Below, in pieces: positions 48,606 through 62,089 of a stretch of 64,000 nt of DNA (position 1 is the stretch's first letter; every line of letters begins with the position of its first letter). Position numbers and translations under genes: made by a program. Source of the stretch: Chiloscyllium plagiosum (taxonomy: Eukaryota); assembly GCF_004010195.1 (NCBI RefSeq), contig NC_057754.1:646169-710168 (forward strand), read 5' to 3'. The notes below the pieces were generated by a model that was given only the letters and a program-made list of their open reading frames with translations, was not told where the DNA came from and ran no database searches.

Positions 48606-50734
48606 CTTCATAGACTGAAGGATGCTGTTATGTTCTGAAGGCAACCAGAAGGGGAATGCCAACTCTAAAACCCCACTGGATATCTGTGTTTGTGGGAGGG
48701 CGTGACATCCACATTGCAATATGAGAGATATCTTGTTCCTGCACATCTTAGTCCAGAACTGGTCCTCACAATAGAGTTGAGAGTGTGGTGCTGGTAAAGC
48801 ACAGCAGGTGCGAGGAGCTGGAAAATCGACATTTCGGGCAAAAGCTCTTTATCAGGTCCTCTCAATATCATAATCTCAAAGTGTAACATTATTCTTCAGT
48901 GTATGCTGTGTACCCAGTCCTTCTCCTCCCCGGTACCTAATGTACTTGCATTGGCAACAGTTCAGAGAAAGTTCGCTCACTGGTCCCTGGGCTGAGCAGT
49001 TTCTTTTCTGAAGAAGGGTTGGGCTCTTTTCATTGGAGTTTAGAAGAATGAAAGATGATCTTATTGAAGCATAAGTTTCTGAATGGACTTTATGAGCTGG
49101 TTGTGGAGAGCATGTTTCCTAAACCAGGAGATACATCTTCAAGATAGTGGCCTCCCTTTTAAGACGGAGTTGAGGAGGAATTTCTTCTTGCAGAGAGTTC
49201 TCACAGAGTGGTGAGGGACAGGCAGGAAAGAGTTCAGGCCACAGAGCAGACAAATCATGGAAATAGTGAATAGTGGAACAGGCTTAAGGGGCTGAATGGC
49301 CTCCTGCTGCTTCTGTTTTGTACCTTTTAATTGTGCAGTGAATCAGTCAAGCCAGTGCAAGCAGCTGTCTCGATTGTTCGGGGATTCCCTGTAGGCCCGT
49401 CAGGCATGTGCCAATGAATTGAGGCAGAACGTTCTACTCCAGGGAGGAAGAAAAGGCAGCTGTACAGGAAGGTTAATTCCCAAAGGTGTGAACATGAAAG
49501 ACTACTCTTTCTAGAAAGACAATGTGGGGCAGAAAATCAGAGGGGTTCATATCAGTTTCGCTGCTGCCTAGTGTTAGCAAGATAGTAACACCAGCAACTA
49601 CGAACCAGGTCACTGCTCAGCCTACGGTTGGTCAAATGTACAAATCAGGACTTGCCCCTCAAACCTCTTCTGCTATTCAGTGCAATTGTGGCTAATCTGT
49701 GGCCTAACTCCAAATACCTGCCTTTGGCCCATGTCCCATCATAGCTTTTTTGAACACAAATTTATCGGTCGCAGATTTAAAATTGCCAACTGATCTGGCA
49801 ACAACTGCTGTTTGTGGTAGAGAATTCCAAATCTGTCTCACCCCTTATGTTTCCTAACAACACTCCTAATCGGTCTGTCCCTAATTCTCAGACTCTGCCC
49901 CCTGGTTCTAGAATCCCCAAACTGTGGAAATAGTTTATCTTTATCCACCCTGTCTTGTCCTGTTAACAGCTTGGAGAATCATGTGGAGTAGACCAACCAA
50001 CATTAGGCATTGAATAATCTTTCAATAATTTGACAGTAAGGTGAGAACCTGCTATCTCTGGATACTGTGCATTATAGTGTTTAGTCTTAAGATGGACTAT
50101 ATAATAAATTATCATGGCTGAGACCTCCTGTGGTGAAGTGGTAGTGTCTCTACCTCTGGACAAGAAAGTCCAGTTTCCAGACCCCACTACCTTGGAGATG
50201 TTCATTAATGCCTGACCAGGTGAATTCAAAACTGGGCTGAATTTAGGGGAGGTACGGTATAGTAGTAATTTTCCTGGGCTAATAATTCACAGGCTGCTGT
50301 GAATCCCACCGGGCAGATGGTGAAATTTGAATTCAACGAAGAATTAAATCTGATGTTCACCATATGACCACTGTCTGTTGTTAAAAAAATAAAACCCATC
50401 TGGTTTACTAATGTCCTTTTAGGGAAGGAAATCTGCCATCCTTACCAAGTCTGACCTGTATGTGACTTTGGACCTACAGCAACTCTTAACTGCCCTCTGA
50501 AATGGCTGAGCATGTCACTCAGGTCAAGGGGCAGTTAGGGATGGGCTATAAATCCTGACCCAGCCAGCAACATCCACGTCTCATGAATGAATGAAAAAAA
50601 ACTGAAGACATCTTGATCTTGAGGTAACTCAGAAAGGCTCCTTTGCCAGCATCTTCCAAATCCATAAACTCTACCACCTATAAGGACAAAAGCAGCAGAT
50701 ACCTGACCACCACCGGCAGGTTCCCCTCCAAATA

Positions 50735-52580
50735 AATGATGGAAGGTGTCACCAACCGTGCTATCAAGCAGCACCTGCTCAGTAATAACCTGCTCAGTGA
50801 CACTTAGATTGGGTTCCACCAGGGCCACTCAGCTCCTGATCTCATTACAGCCTTGGCTCAAACATGGACAAAAGAGCTGAATCCCAGAGGTGAGGTGATA
50901 ATGATAGCCCTTGACATCAAGGCCGCATTCAGCCAAGTATGGCATCAAAGAGCACAAGCAAGACTGGAATCAGGAGGCAAACTCTCCACTGGTTGGAGTT
51001 ATACCTGGCACAGTCAAAGATGTTTTGGTGTTGGAGTTCAGTCACCTCAGCTCCAGGACAATGATTGGATTCCCGTTGGTTCTACAAGTTCCTAAGGGTA
51101 GTGTCCTAGGCCCAAACATCTTCAACTGCTTCATCAATGGATTTCCTTACTTTGTAGGGTCAGAAATGTGGAGGTTGCTGATGATTGCTCAATGTTCAGT
51201 ACCATTCGCAACTCCTCAGATACTTAAACAGTCCTTGTTCTTGGTGTAATGAGTGGATGTAACATTTAGAGCCATAGAGATGTACAGCATGGAAATAGAC
51301 CCTTCATTCCACCCGTCCATGCCAACTAGATATCATAAATTAACCTGGTCCAATTTGCCAGCACTTGGCCCATATCCCTCTAAACCCTTCCCATTCATCT
51401 CCCCATCCAGATGCCTTTTAAATGTTATAATTGTACCAGCCTCCACCATCTCTCTGGCAGCTCATTTCCTATACACACCAGCCTTTACATGAAAAAGTTA
51501 CCCCTTAGGTCCCTTTTAAATGTTTCCCTTCACACCCTAAACATATGCCCTCTAGTTCTGGACTCCCACCCCACCACCCCCAGGAAAAGACTTTGTCCAT
51601 TTACCCTATCCATGCCCCTCATGATTTTATAAACCTCTACAAGGTCACCCCTCAGCCTCTGACTCTCCAGGGAAAACAGTCCCAGCCTGTTCAGCCTCTC
51701 CCTATAGCTCAAACCCTCCATGCAATGCAAAGCAATGACCATCGTGAATCAAAGGGAATACAACCATTGTCCCTTAACATTCAATGGCATCGGCAACATT
51801 GACTCCCCTACTATCAATATTCCTGTGACTGCCGTTGGCCAGAAACTAAACTGACTATCCATTTATATACGGTGGCTACAAGAGCGGATCTAGGTGTAGA
51901 AATCTTGCAAGTAACTCATCTTCTGACTCCCCAAAGCATATCCACCATTTACAAAGCCCAAGTCAGGAATGTGATGGAATACTCCCCACTTACCTGGATG
52001 GGTACAGCTCCAACAACATGCAAGAACCTCAACACCATCCAGGACAAAGCAGCCCCCACATCCACAATCATCCAGTCCCTCCACCAGTAACGCTAAGTTG
52101 CAACATTCCTGACGAAGGACTTATGCCCGAAATGTCGATTCTCCTGCTCCTCAGATGCTGCCTGACCTGATGTGCTTTTCCAGCACCACATTTTTTGACT
52201 CTGATCTCCAGCATCTGCAGTCCTCACTTTCTTCTGCAGCAGTGTGTACCACCTACAATGCACCACAGTGACTCACCAACTCTCCTCAGACTGCACCTTC
52301 CAAATCCACAATCACTACCATCAAGAATGACAAGGGCAGTGGTTACATGTGAAAACCACCCACTGTAAGGCCCACTCACCATCGTCTCTTGGGAATGTAT
52401 CATAGTTCCTTCAGTATCATTGGGTCAAAATCCTGGAAATTCCTTCCTTACACATTGTGGGGTTCCCTACTCCCCATGGACTGCAGAAGCTACAGAAGGT
52501 AGTTCACCACCACCTTCTTGAGGGTAATTAGGGGTAGGTAATAAATGCTGGCCTTGCTAGCAATACTTTATTGCCCTGAC
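50735..52580 (+). mobile_element. CR1/L2-group LINE RT fragment with nested insertions
   Basis: IALDIKAAF..VWH, VPKGSVLGP, STIYKAQVRNVMEYSPL; nested reverse CR1 at about 51267-51720 and a hairpin element at about 52105-52235. Confidence 0.8.
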
Positions 52581-52594
52581 TTGCTGCCACTCAT

Positions 52595-54190
52595 TCCACA
52601 CTGTCAGAGGATCAGTGCTGAGGGAAGACAATACTGTCAGAGGGTCAGTGCTGAGGGAGCACCGCACGGTCAAAGAGTCCGTACTGAGGGGTCACCACAC
52701 TGTCGGAGGGTCAGTGCTGAGGGAGTGCACACTGTCAGAGCATCAGTGGTGAGGGAGCAGGCACTGTCGAAGGGTCAGTACTGAGGGAGCGCCACACTGT
52801 CGGAGGGTCAGTACTGAGGGAGCACCACACTGTTGGAGGGTCAGTGCTGAGAGAGCTCCACACTGTCAGATGGTCAGTGCTGAGGGAGCGCCGCAGTGTC
52901 AAAGGGTCAGTACTGAGGGGTCACCACACTGTCGGAGGGTCAGTGCTGAGGGAGTGCACACTGTCAGAGGATCAGTGGTGAGGGAGCGGGCACTGTCGAA
53001 GGGTCAGTACTGAGGGAGCGCCATACTGTTTGAGGGTCAGTACTGAGGGAGCGCCACACTGTTGGAGGGTCAGTGCTGAGGGTGATCCACCATTGTTGGA
53101 GGGTCAGTGCTGAGGGACCTCCGCACTGTCAGACGGTCAGTGCTGAGGGAGCGCCGCACTGTCAGAGGGTCAGTACTGAGACAGTGCCGCACAGTCAGAG
53201 GTTCATTGCTGAGGGAGCGCCACACTGTCGAAGGGTCAGTGCTGAGGGTGCTCCACATTGTTGGAGGGTCAGTGCTGAGAGAGCACTACATTGTCGGAGG
53301 GTCAGTGCTGAGGGAGAGTCGCACAGTCAGAGGGTCAGTGCTGAGGGAGCACCACAGTGTTGTAGAGTCAGTGCTGAGGGTGCTCCATATTGTTGGAGGG
53401 TCAGTGCTGAGGGAGCTCTGCATTGTCAGAGGGTCAGTGCTGAGGGAGAGTCGCAGAGTCAGAGGGTCAGTGCTGAGGGAGCACTACAGTGTTGTAGAGT
53501 CAGTGCTGAGGGAGCGCCGCACTGTTGGAGGGTCAGTACTGAGGAAGTGCCACACTGTCAGAGGGTAGTGCTGAGGGAATGCTGCACTGTCAGAGGACAG
53601 TGCTGAGGGAGTGGGCACTGTCGGAGGTTCAGTGCTGAGAGAGTCGCACTGTCAGAGGATCATTACTGAGGGAGTGCTGCACTGTCGGAGGGTCAGTGCT
53701 GAGGGAATGCTGCACTGTCGGAGGATCAGTGCTGAGGGAATGCTGCACTGTCGGAGGATCAATGCTGAGGGAGTGCTGCACTGTCAGAGGGTCAGTGCTG
53801 AGGGAATGCTGCACTGTCGGAGGATCAGTGCTGAGGGAATGCTGCACTATCAGAGGTCAGTGCTGAAAGAGTCATACTGTCAGAGGATCATTACTGAGGA
53901 AGTGGGCACTGTCGGAGGGTCAGTGCTGAGGGAGTGGGCACTTTTACATGAAGCATTAATCTAAGACCTCTATCTGCCCTAAAAGTTCTGTCTGTTGGAA
54001 GAAGAGCAGGGGCATTTTCCATGGCATCCTGGGGCCAATGTGTTTTCCTGCATTAATGTCAGTGAGAAAATAAACTGTGTGGATCTGTTTCTGTGAGCTT
54101 GCTATACTCAAATTGTCACATTTCCTGCTTTAAAGTCGAGACTACATTCAAGAAGAACTTCAGTGGCTGTGAAATAATCTGAGACATCTG
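52595..54190 (+). repeat. Largest 33-bp satellite array (about 40 units, 52595-53940) running into a Deu-domain SINE 3' part
   Basis: agggtcagtgctgagggagcgccgcactgtc units, then gaagaagagcagggg...gagcttgct...ttcagtggctgtgaa. Confidence 0.85.
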
Positions 54191-54194
54191 GATA

Positions 54195-54960
54195 GGTAAG
54201 TGTGAGGTGATTCACTTTGGTAAGAGTAACAAAAAGATGGGGTACTGGGCTAATGGTTGGATACTTGGTAGTGTGGATGAGCAGACGGATCTTGGTGTCC
54301 ATGTACACAGATCTCTGAAAGTTGCCACCCAGGTAAATAGTGCGGTGAAGAAGGCATATGGCGTACTGGCTTTTATTGGTAGAGGAATTGAGTTCTGGAG
54401 TCCTGAGGTCATGTTGCAGTTGTATAAGACTCTGATGCGGCCGCATCTGGAGTATTGTGTGCAGTTTTGGTCGCCATACTATAGGAAGGATGTGGAGGCA
54501 CTGGAACGGGTGCAGAGGAGGTTTACCAGGATGTTGCCTGGTATGGTAGGAAGATCGTATGAGGAAAGGCTGAGGCACTTTGGGCTGTTTTCATTGGAGA
54601 AAAGAAGGTTTAGGGGTGACTTGATAGAGGTGTACAAGATGAATAGGGGTTTAGATAGGGTTGACCGTGAGAACCTTTTTCCACGTATGGAGTCAGCTAT
54701 TACGAGGGGGCATAGCTTTAAATTAAGGGGTGGTAGGTATAGGACAGATATTAGGGGTAGGTTCTTTACTCAGCGAGTTGTGAGTTCATGGAATGCCCTG
54801 CCAGTAGCAGTGGTGGACTCTCCCACTTTATGGGCATTTAAACAGGCATTGGATAGGCATATGGAGGATAGTGGGTTAGTGTAGGTTAGGTGGGCTTGGA
54901 TCGGCGCAACATCGAGGGCCAAAGAGCCTGTACTGCGCTGTATTTTTTCTATGTTTCTAA
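54195..54960 (+). mobile_element. Relatively young 5'-truncated CR1 LINE; uninterrupted 225-codon ORF2 C-terminus
   Basis: ORF 54207-54884 reads HFGKSN...LEYCVQFWSPYYRKD...FFTQRVV..WNALP. Confidence 0.93.
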
Positions 54961-55794
54961 GCACAAAATCTTTCTGTCATCTCCCTAGAAAATGTGCTGC
55001 TGACAATAAACCTCTGATGTGAAGATGGTGATGGTTCTGATCCTGAGTTACTGGATGAGTGACTTTTAAAGAAGGAATGTGTTCCTCCTTGTGAGCCCGT
55101 TGGAAACATGTTTTGTCACAGTATGTAGCTGCTAGAATGATTCTGATTGTGAGCCTCCTGGAGTTCCCTGTTTCAGGTATTTGTTGGATGCATTTCTGCT
55201 GAGTCAGTGCCCAACTATCTCTCCCCGCTGCTGTATCTCTGACACAAGCTCTGACGTCAGTTCTACTCAGAGTTTTGGCAGTAACATTTCAGTTTGACTA
55301 ACCATGCCTCAAGCTGACCTTTAATTCAGCCTGGCTACTATGTCTCTCTGAGGGAGTAGTGAGAGTCTTTCAGCAAAACCACCTGTTAACCTGATTCAAG
55401 GTGGTGAGACCTTTTTGTTAGTTCCTGCACCAACAAACTGAAAGCTCAAATTGCAACTCAGAAACAGTCAAAAATGATAGTGTTAGAGATTAACTCATCA
55501 ATCAACCCAGAAAGGGCACTGCCTGCAGAAAGTCAGGCAAAAGGCAAAGGGATTTGAATTGTTAACACAACACCTCAGCATGTCCCAAGGCTCTCTACTG
55601 GCAGCCAATTACTTATGAAGTGTAGTCATTGCTATATCAGAGAAAAACATCAGCCCATTGTCTCACAAACACAGCAATGTCAGAACGACCCCGATCAGCT
55701 GTTTTTAGTGATGATGGATGAGGGAAAATAATTGGCCCTAGGCACACTATGGGATGCGATAGCACAGGAGGACAGCAGAAGTGATTCCTGGTTT

Positions 55795-56012
55795 GGAAGA
55801 AAGTGAGGACTGCAGATGCTGGAGATCAGAGTTGAAAGTGTGGTGCTGGAAAAGCACAGCAGGTCAGGCAGCATCTCAGGCACAGGAGAGTCGATGTTTT
55901 GAGCATAAGCTCAATTAAGCTTCCTGATGAAGAACTTATACTCGAAACGTTGATTCTCCTGCTCCTTGAATGCTGCCTGACCGGCTGAGCTTTTCCAGCA
56001 CCACATTCTTGA
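55795..56012. mobile_element. Palindromic Penelope-associated element
   Basis: Same arms as 26415-26590; core ctgatgaagaacttatactcgaaacgtt. Confidence 0.7.
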
Positions 56013-56551
56013 TTCCGGTCTGGAGCGTATTCTTAATCAAGAGAGGCTGGACCAGATCAAGTTGTTTTCTTCAGAACAGCAGAGGCTGAGGCATGCCCTG
56101 ATTGAGGTGTGTATAATTATGTGGGATATAGACAGGATGAACAGGAAGCAGCTATTGCCCTGAGTTGGGCTGTCAGTAATGAGCTATCATGATAAGGTGG
56201 AGAATAGGAGGTTCGGTGGAATTTTAAGGAAAGGGTTTTTTTCACTTAGAGGATCGTGGGAAACTGGAACATACTGCTTGAGAGGGACAAAACCTCACAG
56301 CCTTTAAACTCAAAGAGCTGGGTGCTTGAAATGTCATCACATTCAAGACCATGAGCCAAGGTTGAAAACTGGGATTGGTGCAGACTCAATAGGCTGAAGG
56401 GCCTCTTCTGTTCTGTACGCATGTGTGATTGTATGACATTCCTGCTTTTCTTCCCATAATAGCTGTGTGATCTATCAACCCTAGCCCGTCTTTATCCCGC
56501 CTAACTTTCCCCCTCTGCCAACCCTGAGAGACCAGACTGGGTCACAATATA

Positions 56552-57170
56552 ATGCCTCATCTGAAAGATGGCAACTCAGACAGTGCCTGTTCCCTCAGCA
56601 CTGACCCTTCAACAGTGCAGCACTCAGTCAGCACTGACCCTCCGACAATGCGACACTCCCTCAGCACTGACTCTCTGACAGTGCAGCACTCATTTAATGC
56701 TGACCCTCTGACAGTGCGGCACTCCCTCATCACTGACCCTCCAACAGTATGGCGGTCCCTCAGCGCTGACTCTCCAACAGTGCACACTCCCTCAGCGCTG
56801 ACCCTCTGACAGTATGACGCTCCCTCAGCACTGATCCTCTGACAGTGCGTCGCTCCCTCAGTGCTGACCCTCTGACAGTGTGGCACTCCCTCAGCACTGA
56901 CCCTCCAACATTGCAGCACTCCTGCAACACTGACCTCCGACAGTGCAGTATTCCCTCAGCACTGACCCTCCAACAGTATGGCACTCCATCACCACTGACC
57001 ATCCTATGGTGCCCACTCCTTCAGTACTGATCCTCTGACAGTGTGGCACTCTCTCAGCACTGACCCTCCAACAGTGCAGCGCTCCTTCAATGCTGACCTT
57101 CTGACCCTCTAACAGTGCAGTTCTCCCTCAACACTGACCCTCCGACAGTGCAGCACTCCCTCAGTATTGT
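56552..57170 (+). repeat. 33-bp satellite array attached to a Deu-SINE remnant (cctcatctgaaagatggca)
   Basis: About 17 units. Confidence 0.85.
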
Positions 57171-58449
57171 CACCCTTGTTAATGCGACCTTGTACCAAAT
57201 AGTCTAATGAATTGGTCACAATTTAATCACTGAATTCTAGAAACAAAAAAATTGTAAATGAAATGAATCAAACAGAAGAACATAAAGGAGAGCACCGGAA
57301 TTTCTGGATGTCAGAAACGAAAAGAGAACATGTTTGAGAAGTTTAATTTAGTCAGGTAGTGCAAAGTGAGGGAGACAAGTGAGCAGTGAAGATTTCTGAT
57401 GAAAAGAATCATCAACCTGAAATATGGTCTCTGTGTCTCTGTACACAAAGCTGTCTGATTGTGCTGAGTGTTTTCACCATCTTCTACTGAGAGAGAAAAT
57501 TGTGTTCAGCCAGATCTGAGACTGATCCTGCTCCTGACAGAACAACCACACAAAGTGAGAGTCTTATAAACAGGAAACTGAGGTATTCTGATCTCTGTAC
57601 AGCAGCTCCCATTTCAAATGATGGGTCAATTTCCCAAAGTGTTTCTCAGGAGTACGAGCAGTACTGCTTGACACTCAATCACGTTCAGGACACGTGAAGA
57701 TACATTTGGTCCAGTTGAACAGTTTTAAGGAGTACAGACAGGCAAATGGGTTTAGGGAGGGAGTTCCAACTGCAAGTTGCAGGCAGGACTGCCATTGGTA
57801 AGGTGATGTAATTGGGCAGCTGAGTGAGAGTTCAGGAGTGCAGAGATTTCAGAGGGTTGGCGGGATGGAAGAAGTCAGAGCTCGAGATGAGGGAAGTTAC
57901 AGATTAGATATGAACACAGAGATGAGAATTTTTATTTGGAGCTGTTGGGATTGCAGTGCCTGCGTTGGTCAGTGAGTAAGAGGGGATCTGTGCAAAGACT
58001 TACATTTAGTTTATGAACAGCAGGGAATAGCCAGGGGTTTGCAGGGTAGAATCTTACAGTGCACAAGGAGCTCATTTGGCTTTTTGTTCCTGCAATGGCT
58101 CTTTGAAAGTACTGTCACCTTGCCTTTGCACCACAATCCCACATGTATTTATTTTTCAAGTGCTGTATTTTTATCTGATCCCTTTTTGAAGGTTGGTTCA
58201 GTCTGATTCTGGTACCTTTCAAGAGGCATCCATTGTGTCAAAAACGTCTCTCCCCCCCTCATCTACCCATGAGAGGTTTGGACAATTTTCTGAAATTTGT
58301 GTCCTCTTGGTGACTGAATCTCTGGCCTTGACTTATTTCCTAAAGTGGGAGCCCAGAAATAAGATCAAATCATTAATTGAGAAAGGTTCGTCATCATGCC
58401 CTTACTTCTATATCCTCTTTTTTTAACAGTGTTGATATGTCTTGCCCCT

Positions 58450-59220
58450 TTAAAGAATCACAGAAGTGGGAGGCTATTCAGCCCATTGTGTCTGCTCTAG
58501 CTCTTCAAATGAGGATTATGCCTTAGTGCCAGTCTCCTGCTTTCTCCCCATAGCCTTGTACATTATTTCCATCCAAATAATTACCTACTGCCTTCTAGCA
58601 TATCTCCCTTGAATCTATCTCTGTTACATTTTCAGGTTATGCATTCCAGACCCTAACTACTCACTGGGCGGAAATAGGTTTCTTTCACATAGCATTTGCT
58701 CCTTTTGCAAATCACTTTATTCTTGTCCTTATTCCTTTTACAAGTGGGAACAGTTCCTCCCTATCTGCTGTTTCCAACCCACACGTGAGTTTGGAAACTT
58801 CAATTAGATCTTCTTGCAGCTTTCTTCTCTCCAAGGAGAACAGACTCAACTTTTAAAATTTGTGCTCATAAGTGAAGTTTTTCATTCCTGAAACCATTCT
58901 TGTAAATCTTTCTTGCTCTTTCTCTCACTAGTGCATTCACATCTTTCCTGTTTTATGGCTCCTGTGACTGTACTCAGTACTCCAACTAAGGTCTAACAAG
59001 TGTCTTATACAGGTTCAGCATCACCTCCCTGCTCTTGTAGTCTATTAATAAAGCCAAGAACAATGTATTCTTTCCCCACCTGTCACCTTCAATGATCTGT
59101 GCACAAATACAGCTAGGTCCCTCTACTCCTGCACCCACTTTAGAATTATATCTTCTAATTTATATTGTCTATTAATGTTCTTCAGACCAAAGTGCACCAC
59201 ATCTTGTATGCACTGTTCCC
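58450..59220 (-). mobile_element. Old CR1 LINE fragment
   Basis: Reverse RT C-terminal blocks and tail ggctattcagcccattgtgtc. Confidence 0.6.
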
Positions 59221-60699
59221 TGATTTATACAGAAACATCTCCAGGCCATTCCAATTCTCACGCCTTTAATGTCGGACCTTTTTGCTTGTTTTCCTGTCCT
59301 CAGTCATCCTCCCAGTTTGCACCGTATTGCATTTCTTTTGGTAAACCTATTCTGCAATCAGCCCATTTCCCCTGACTGCTCTGCTGTCCTGCTGACTTAC
59401 TATCCTCCTCACTGTTCACTGCAAGTTTTGTGTAACTTGCAAACTTTTAAATTAATCCATAATCTATAGTCATATTGATGAAATAACATTTAAAATGTAC
59501 ATCCATGATAAAATATCCTTGTGAACGTGGATTTAAAACAACAATAATCTCCTCAATAAAATATGTGGCTACACAGTTTTGAAAATCCAATGACAATGTT
59601 TGCTTTAAATGGCTGAGGCATTTCAATAGACAATGAAAAGCTTTTGTCTACAAAATAACAGGGCTTTGAGCATGAGACCGGAAGAGCTTGATTGTTAATG
59701 ATGGATCATCAACTTATGTTTCTGATTCTCCCTAAACCAGAGGCTGCGCAGTATGGAATGGACTGGGTGCTGCCCTGAGAGATCCTTGCTGCTCTGCTGA
59801 GCAAGGAAGGCTTAGTGTGAGCGACTCAGGGAGCAGAACCCACATGAAGCAACAGCGCTGAGGATAGACTGCTTCCCAGCAGTCTGCCTGGACAACAAGG
59901 CAAATGAGAATGAACATAGACTGAGCGATGCACTGACCACGGTCAGAGCTACCTTGGAGAACATGCCATTCTGCACCATTCCACAATCAGATTTCAGAGA
60001 TGTGGTGCAGAGGAGGGCACAAAGAGTGCTCTCAGTGAAGGGGAAATGTTTGTTAAAACCCATCGGAGAGGGTTAGGGTTCAGATTCAGGCCTCCTGTGG
60101 TAGATTCAAACAAGTGGAAAATACATTTGGAGCAGACATTAGAGAGTGCTGCTTTATCCAAAGATGGACTCGTCTTTTGAGAAATCTATACAGCAAGGTG
60201 AAAAAGCAAAACACCCCATGAAGAAAGCAATCATGTGAATTATGACACTGTCCCAGCCAATTCAATCTTACAAAGTGAAATCAGTGATGTAATCGGTGAC
60301 GTAGCAAAGTTCCAGAGACAGCCTGGTGATCATTACCGTGCTGCTCCCAGATTCAATATTGAGCCCAGGACAGTGGGCAGTTAAGAGTCAACCACATTGC
60401 TGTGGTCTGGAGTCACATGGAGGCCAGACCAGATAAGGGTGGCAGTTTCCTTCCCTAAAGGACATTTTTGAACCAGATCAGTTTTTCTGACAACCAGTAA
60501 TGAATTCATGGTCATCACTAGACTCTTAATTCCAGATTTTTTTTAAAGATTGAGTTCAAATTCCACCATCTGCCACAGCAGGATTCGAACCCAGGTCCTC
60601 AGAACATTACCTGGGTCTCGGATCAACAGTCCTGTGATAATACCACAAGCTCATTGCCTACCCTCCCATTTTTTTTGAAATTCGATCACAGTTACATTG

Positions 60700-61200
60700 C
60701 ATGGCTGTGAATGCAAAGAGTGTAATTAATAAGACAGGGGAGTTACAGGCACAGATTGTCCTGTGGGAGAATGACAATAGCAGAGACTAGTCTGGGAGTT
60801 CATATTCCTGGTCGCCAGGTGCTCAGAAAGATGGGCTAGTAAAGAGAAAGGAGGAGGAATGGTGTTTTTGGATAAGGAAAGTGTTGAGTACTCGAGGAAG
60901 AGGATGTTTTCGAGGATTCAAGTACAGAATCAATTTGCTTAGAGCTAGGGAATAAGAAGAATGTAGTTAATTTGCTCAGTGTAATCTAGAGACGGACAAC
61001 TAGTGGGAAGGATGTACAGGAACAAATCTGAAAGGAAATTACAGACAGAGATGTAACAACCATGGAGTAATTATAATGGGAAACATTAAGTACCTATATA
61101 TGGACCGGGATAGTGTTAGTGCAGGGGACAGTGAGGAACAGATCTTCTGAGGTTATATTCAGGAGAATTACGTACAGCACTATGTCTCCAAGTCAGTAGG
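60700..61200 (+). mobile_element. Decayed CR1 endonuclease fragment
   Basis: NA.S..NK..EL, GGG....I.E and VIIMG.. remnants. Confidence 0.55.
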
Positions 61201-61214
61201 AAAAGTGACACAGC

Positions 61215-61602
61215 CTGATCTCTGACAGTGTGGTGTTCCCTAAGCGCTGACTCTCTGACAATGCAGTACTCCCTAAGCACTGACCCTCTGACAGTGCTGC
61301 ACTTCCTAAGCATTGACCCTCTGATAGTGCAGTCCTCCCTAAGCATTGACCTCTGACAGTGTGGCACTCTCTAAGCACTGACCTTTTGACAGTGCTGCAC
61401 TCCCTCAGCACTGACCCTCTGACAGTACTGCACTCTATAAGCATTGACCCTCTGACGGTGCGGTGCTCTCTAAGCACTGACTCTCTGACAGTGCGGCACT
61501 CCCTCAGCCCTGAGCCTCTGACAGTGCTGCACTCCTAATCATTGACCCTCTGATAGTGCAGTGCTCCCTAAGCACTGATTCTCTGACAGTGTGGCGCTCC
61601 TC
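61215..61602 (+). repeat. 33-bp satellite array (ctaagcactgac variant)
   Basis: About 11 units. Confidence 0.85.
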
Positions 61603-62089
61603 ACTTTAAATGGGTTTGACAGGACATTCTCACCTTGTTTAAACCCCAGCGCTTCCTGAAGTTCCCTCTGGTCATAGGGATGAACGAAGTCAAAAATATT
61701 CTGTCCCATCAGCTCCAGCTGTTTCAGAAACAGACAAATCCTAAATTACACCAACTTCTGATAATAGTGAAAAGCCTTGCCTTCTGAATCCCGAATAATG
61801 AGTTCCTCTTACTTGTATCACCATCTGATATTCATCGTGTGCTTCCACATCCCCAGTCCATACCCACGGCCTCTTATCCTCTGTTAGTCCCAAACCTGTC
61901 CCTAATCTGAACCCCATGGCTCTTCCAGACCTCCTAAGAAGACTAGTGAGGTAGTAATTGGCCAGTTAAATTTGTCCAGGTTCTTGTGTCAAGGACATAC
62001 CTGAGTAAATTTCCAAATTGTTTCCATTACATCATTCAATGACATTCAAGGCAACTGGAAGTAGGATTGGAAAGTAGGGTTAGTGTAGA

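Noticed and set aside
53070..53964. Periodic ORFs over the 33-bp arrays (also 4068-4689, 36106-37111, 56552-57030); superficially CRISPR-like or repeat-protein-like
   Set aside because: Head-to-tail satellite with no unique spacers; a unit length divisible by 3 explains the ORFs; vertebrate context with no cas genes.
54207..54884. 225-aa ORF as a host gene
   Set aside because: CR1 ORF2 C-terminus, one of many copies in the window.
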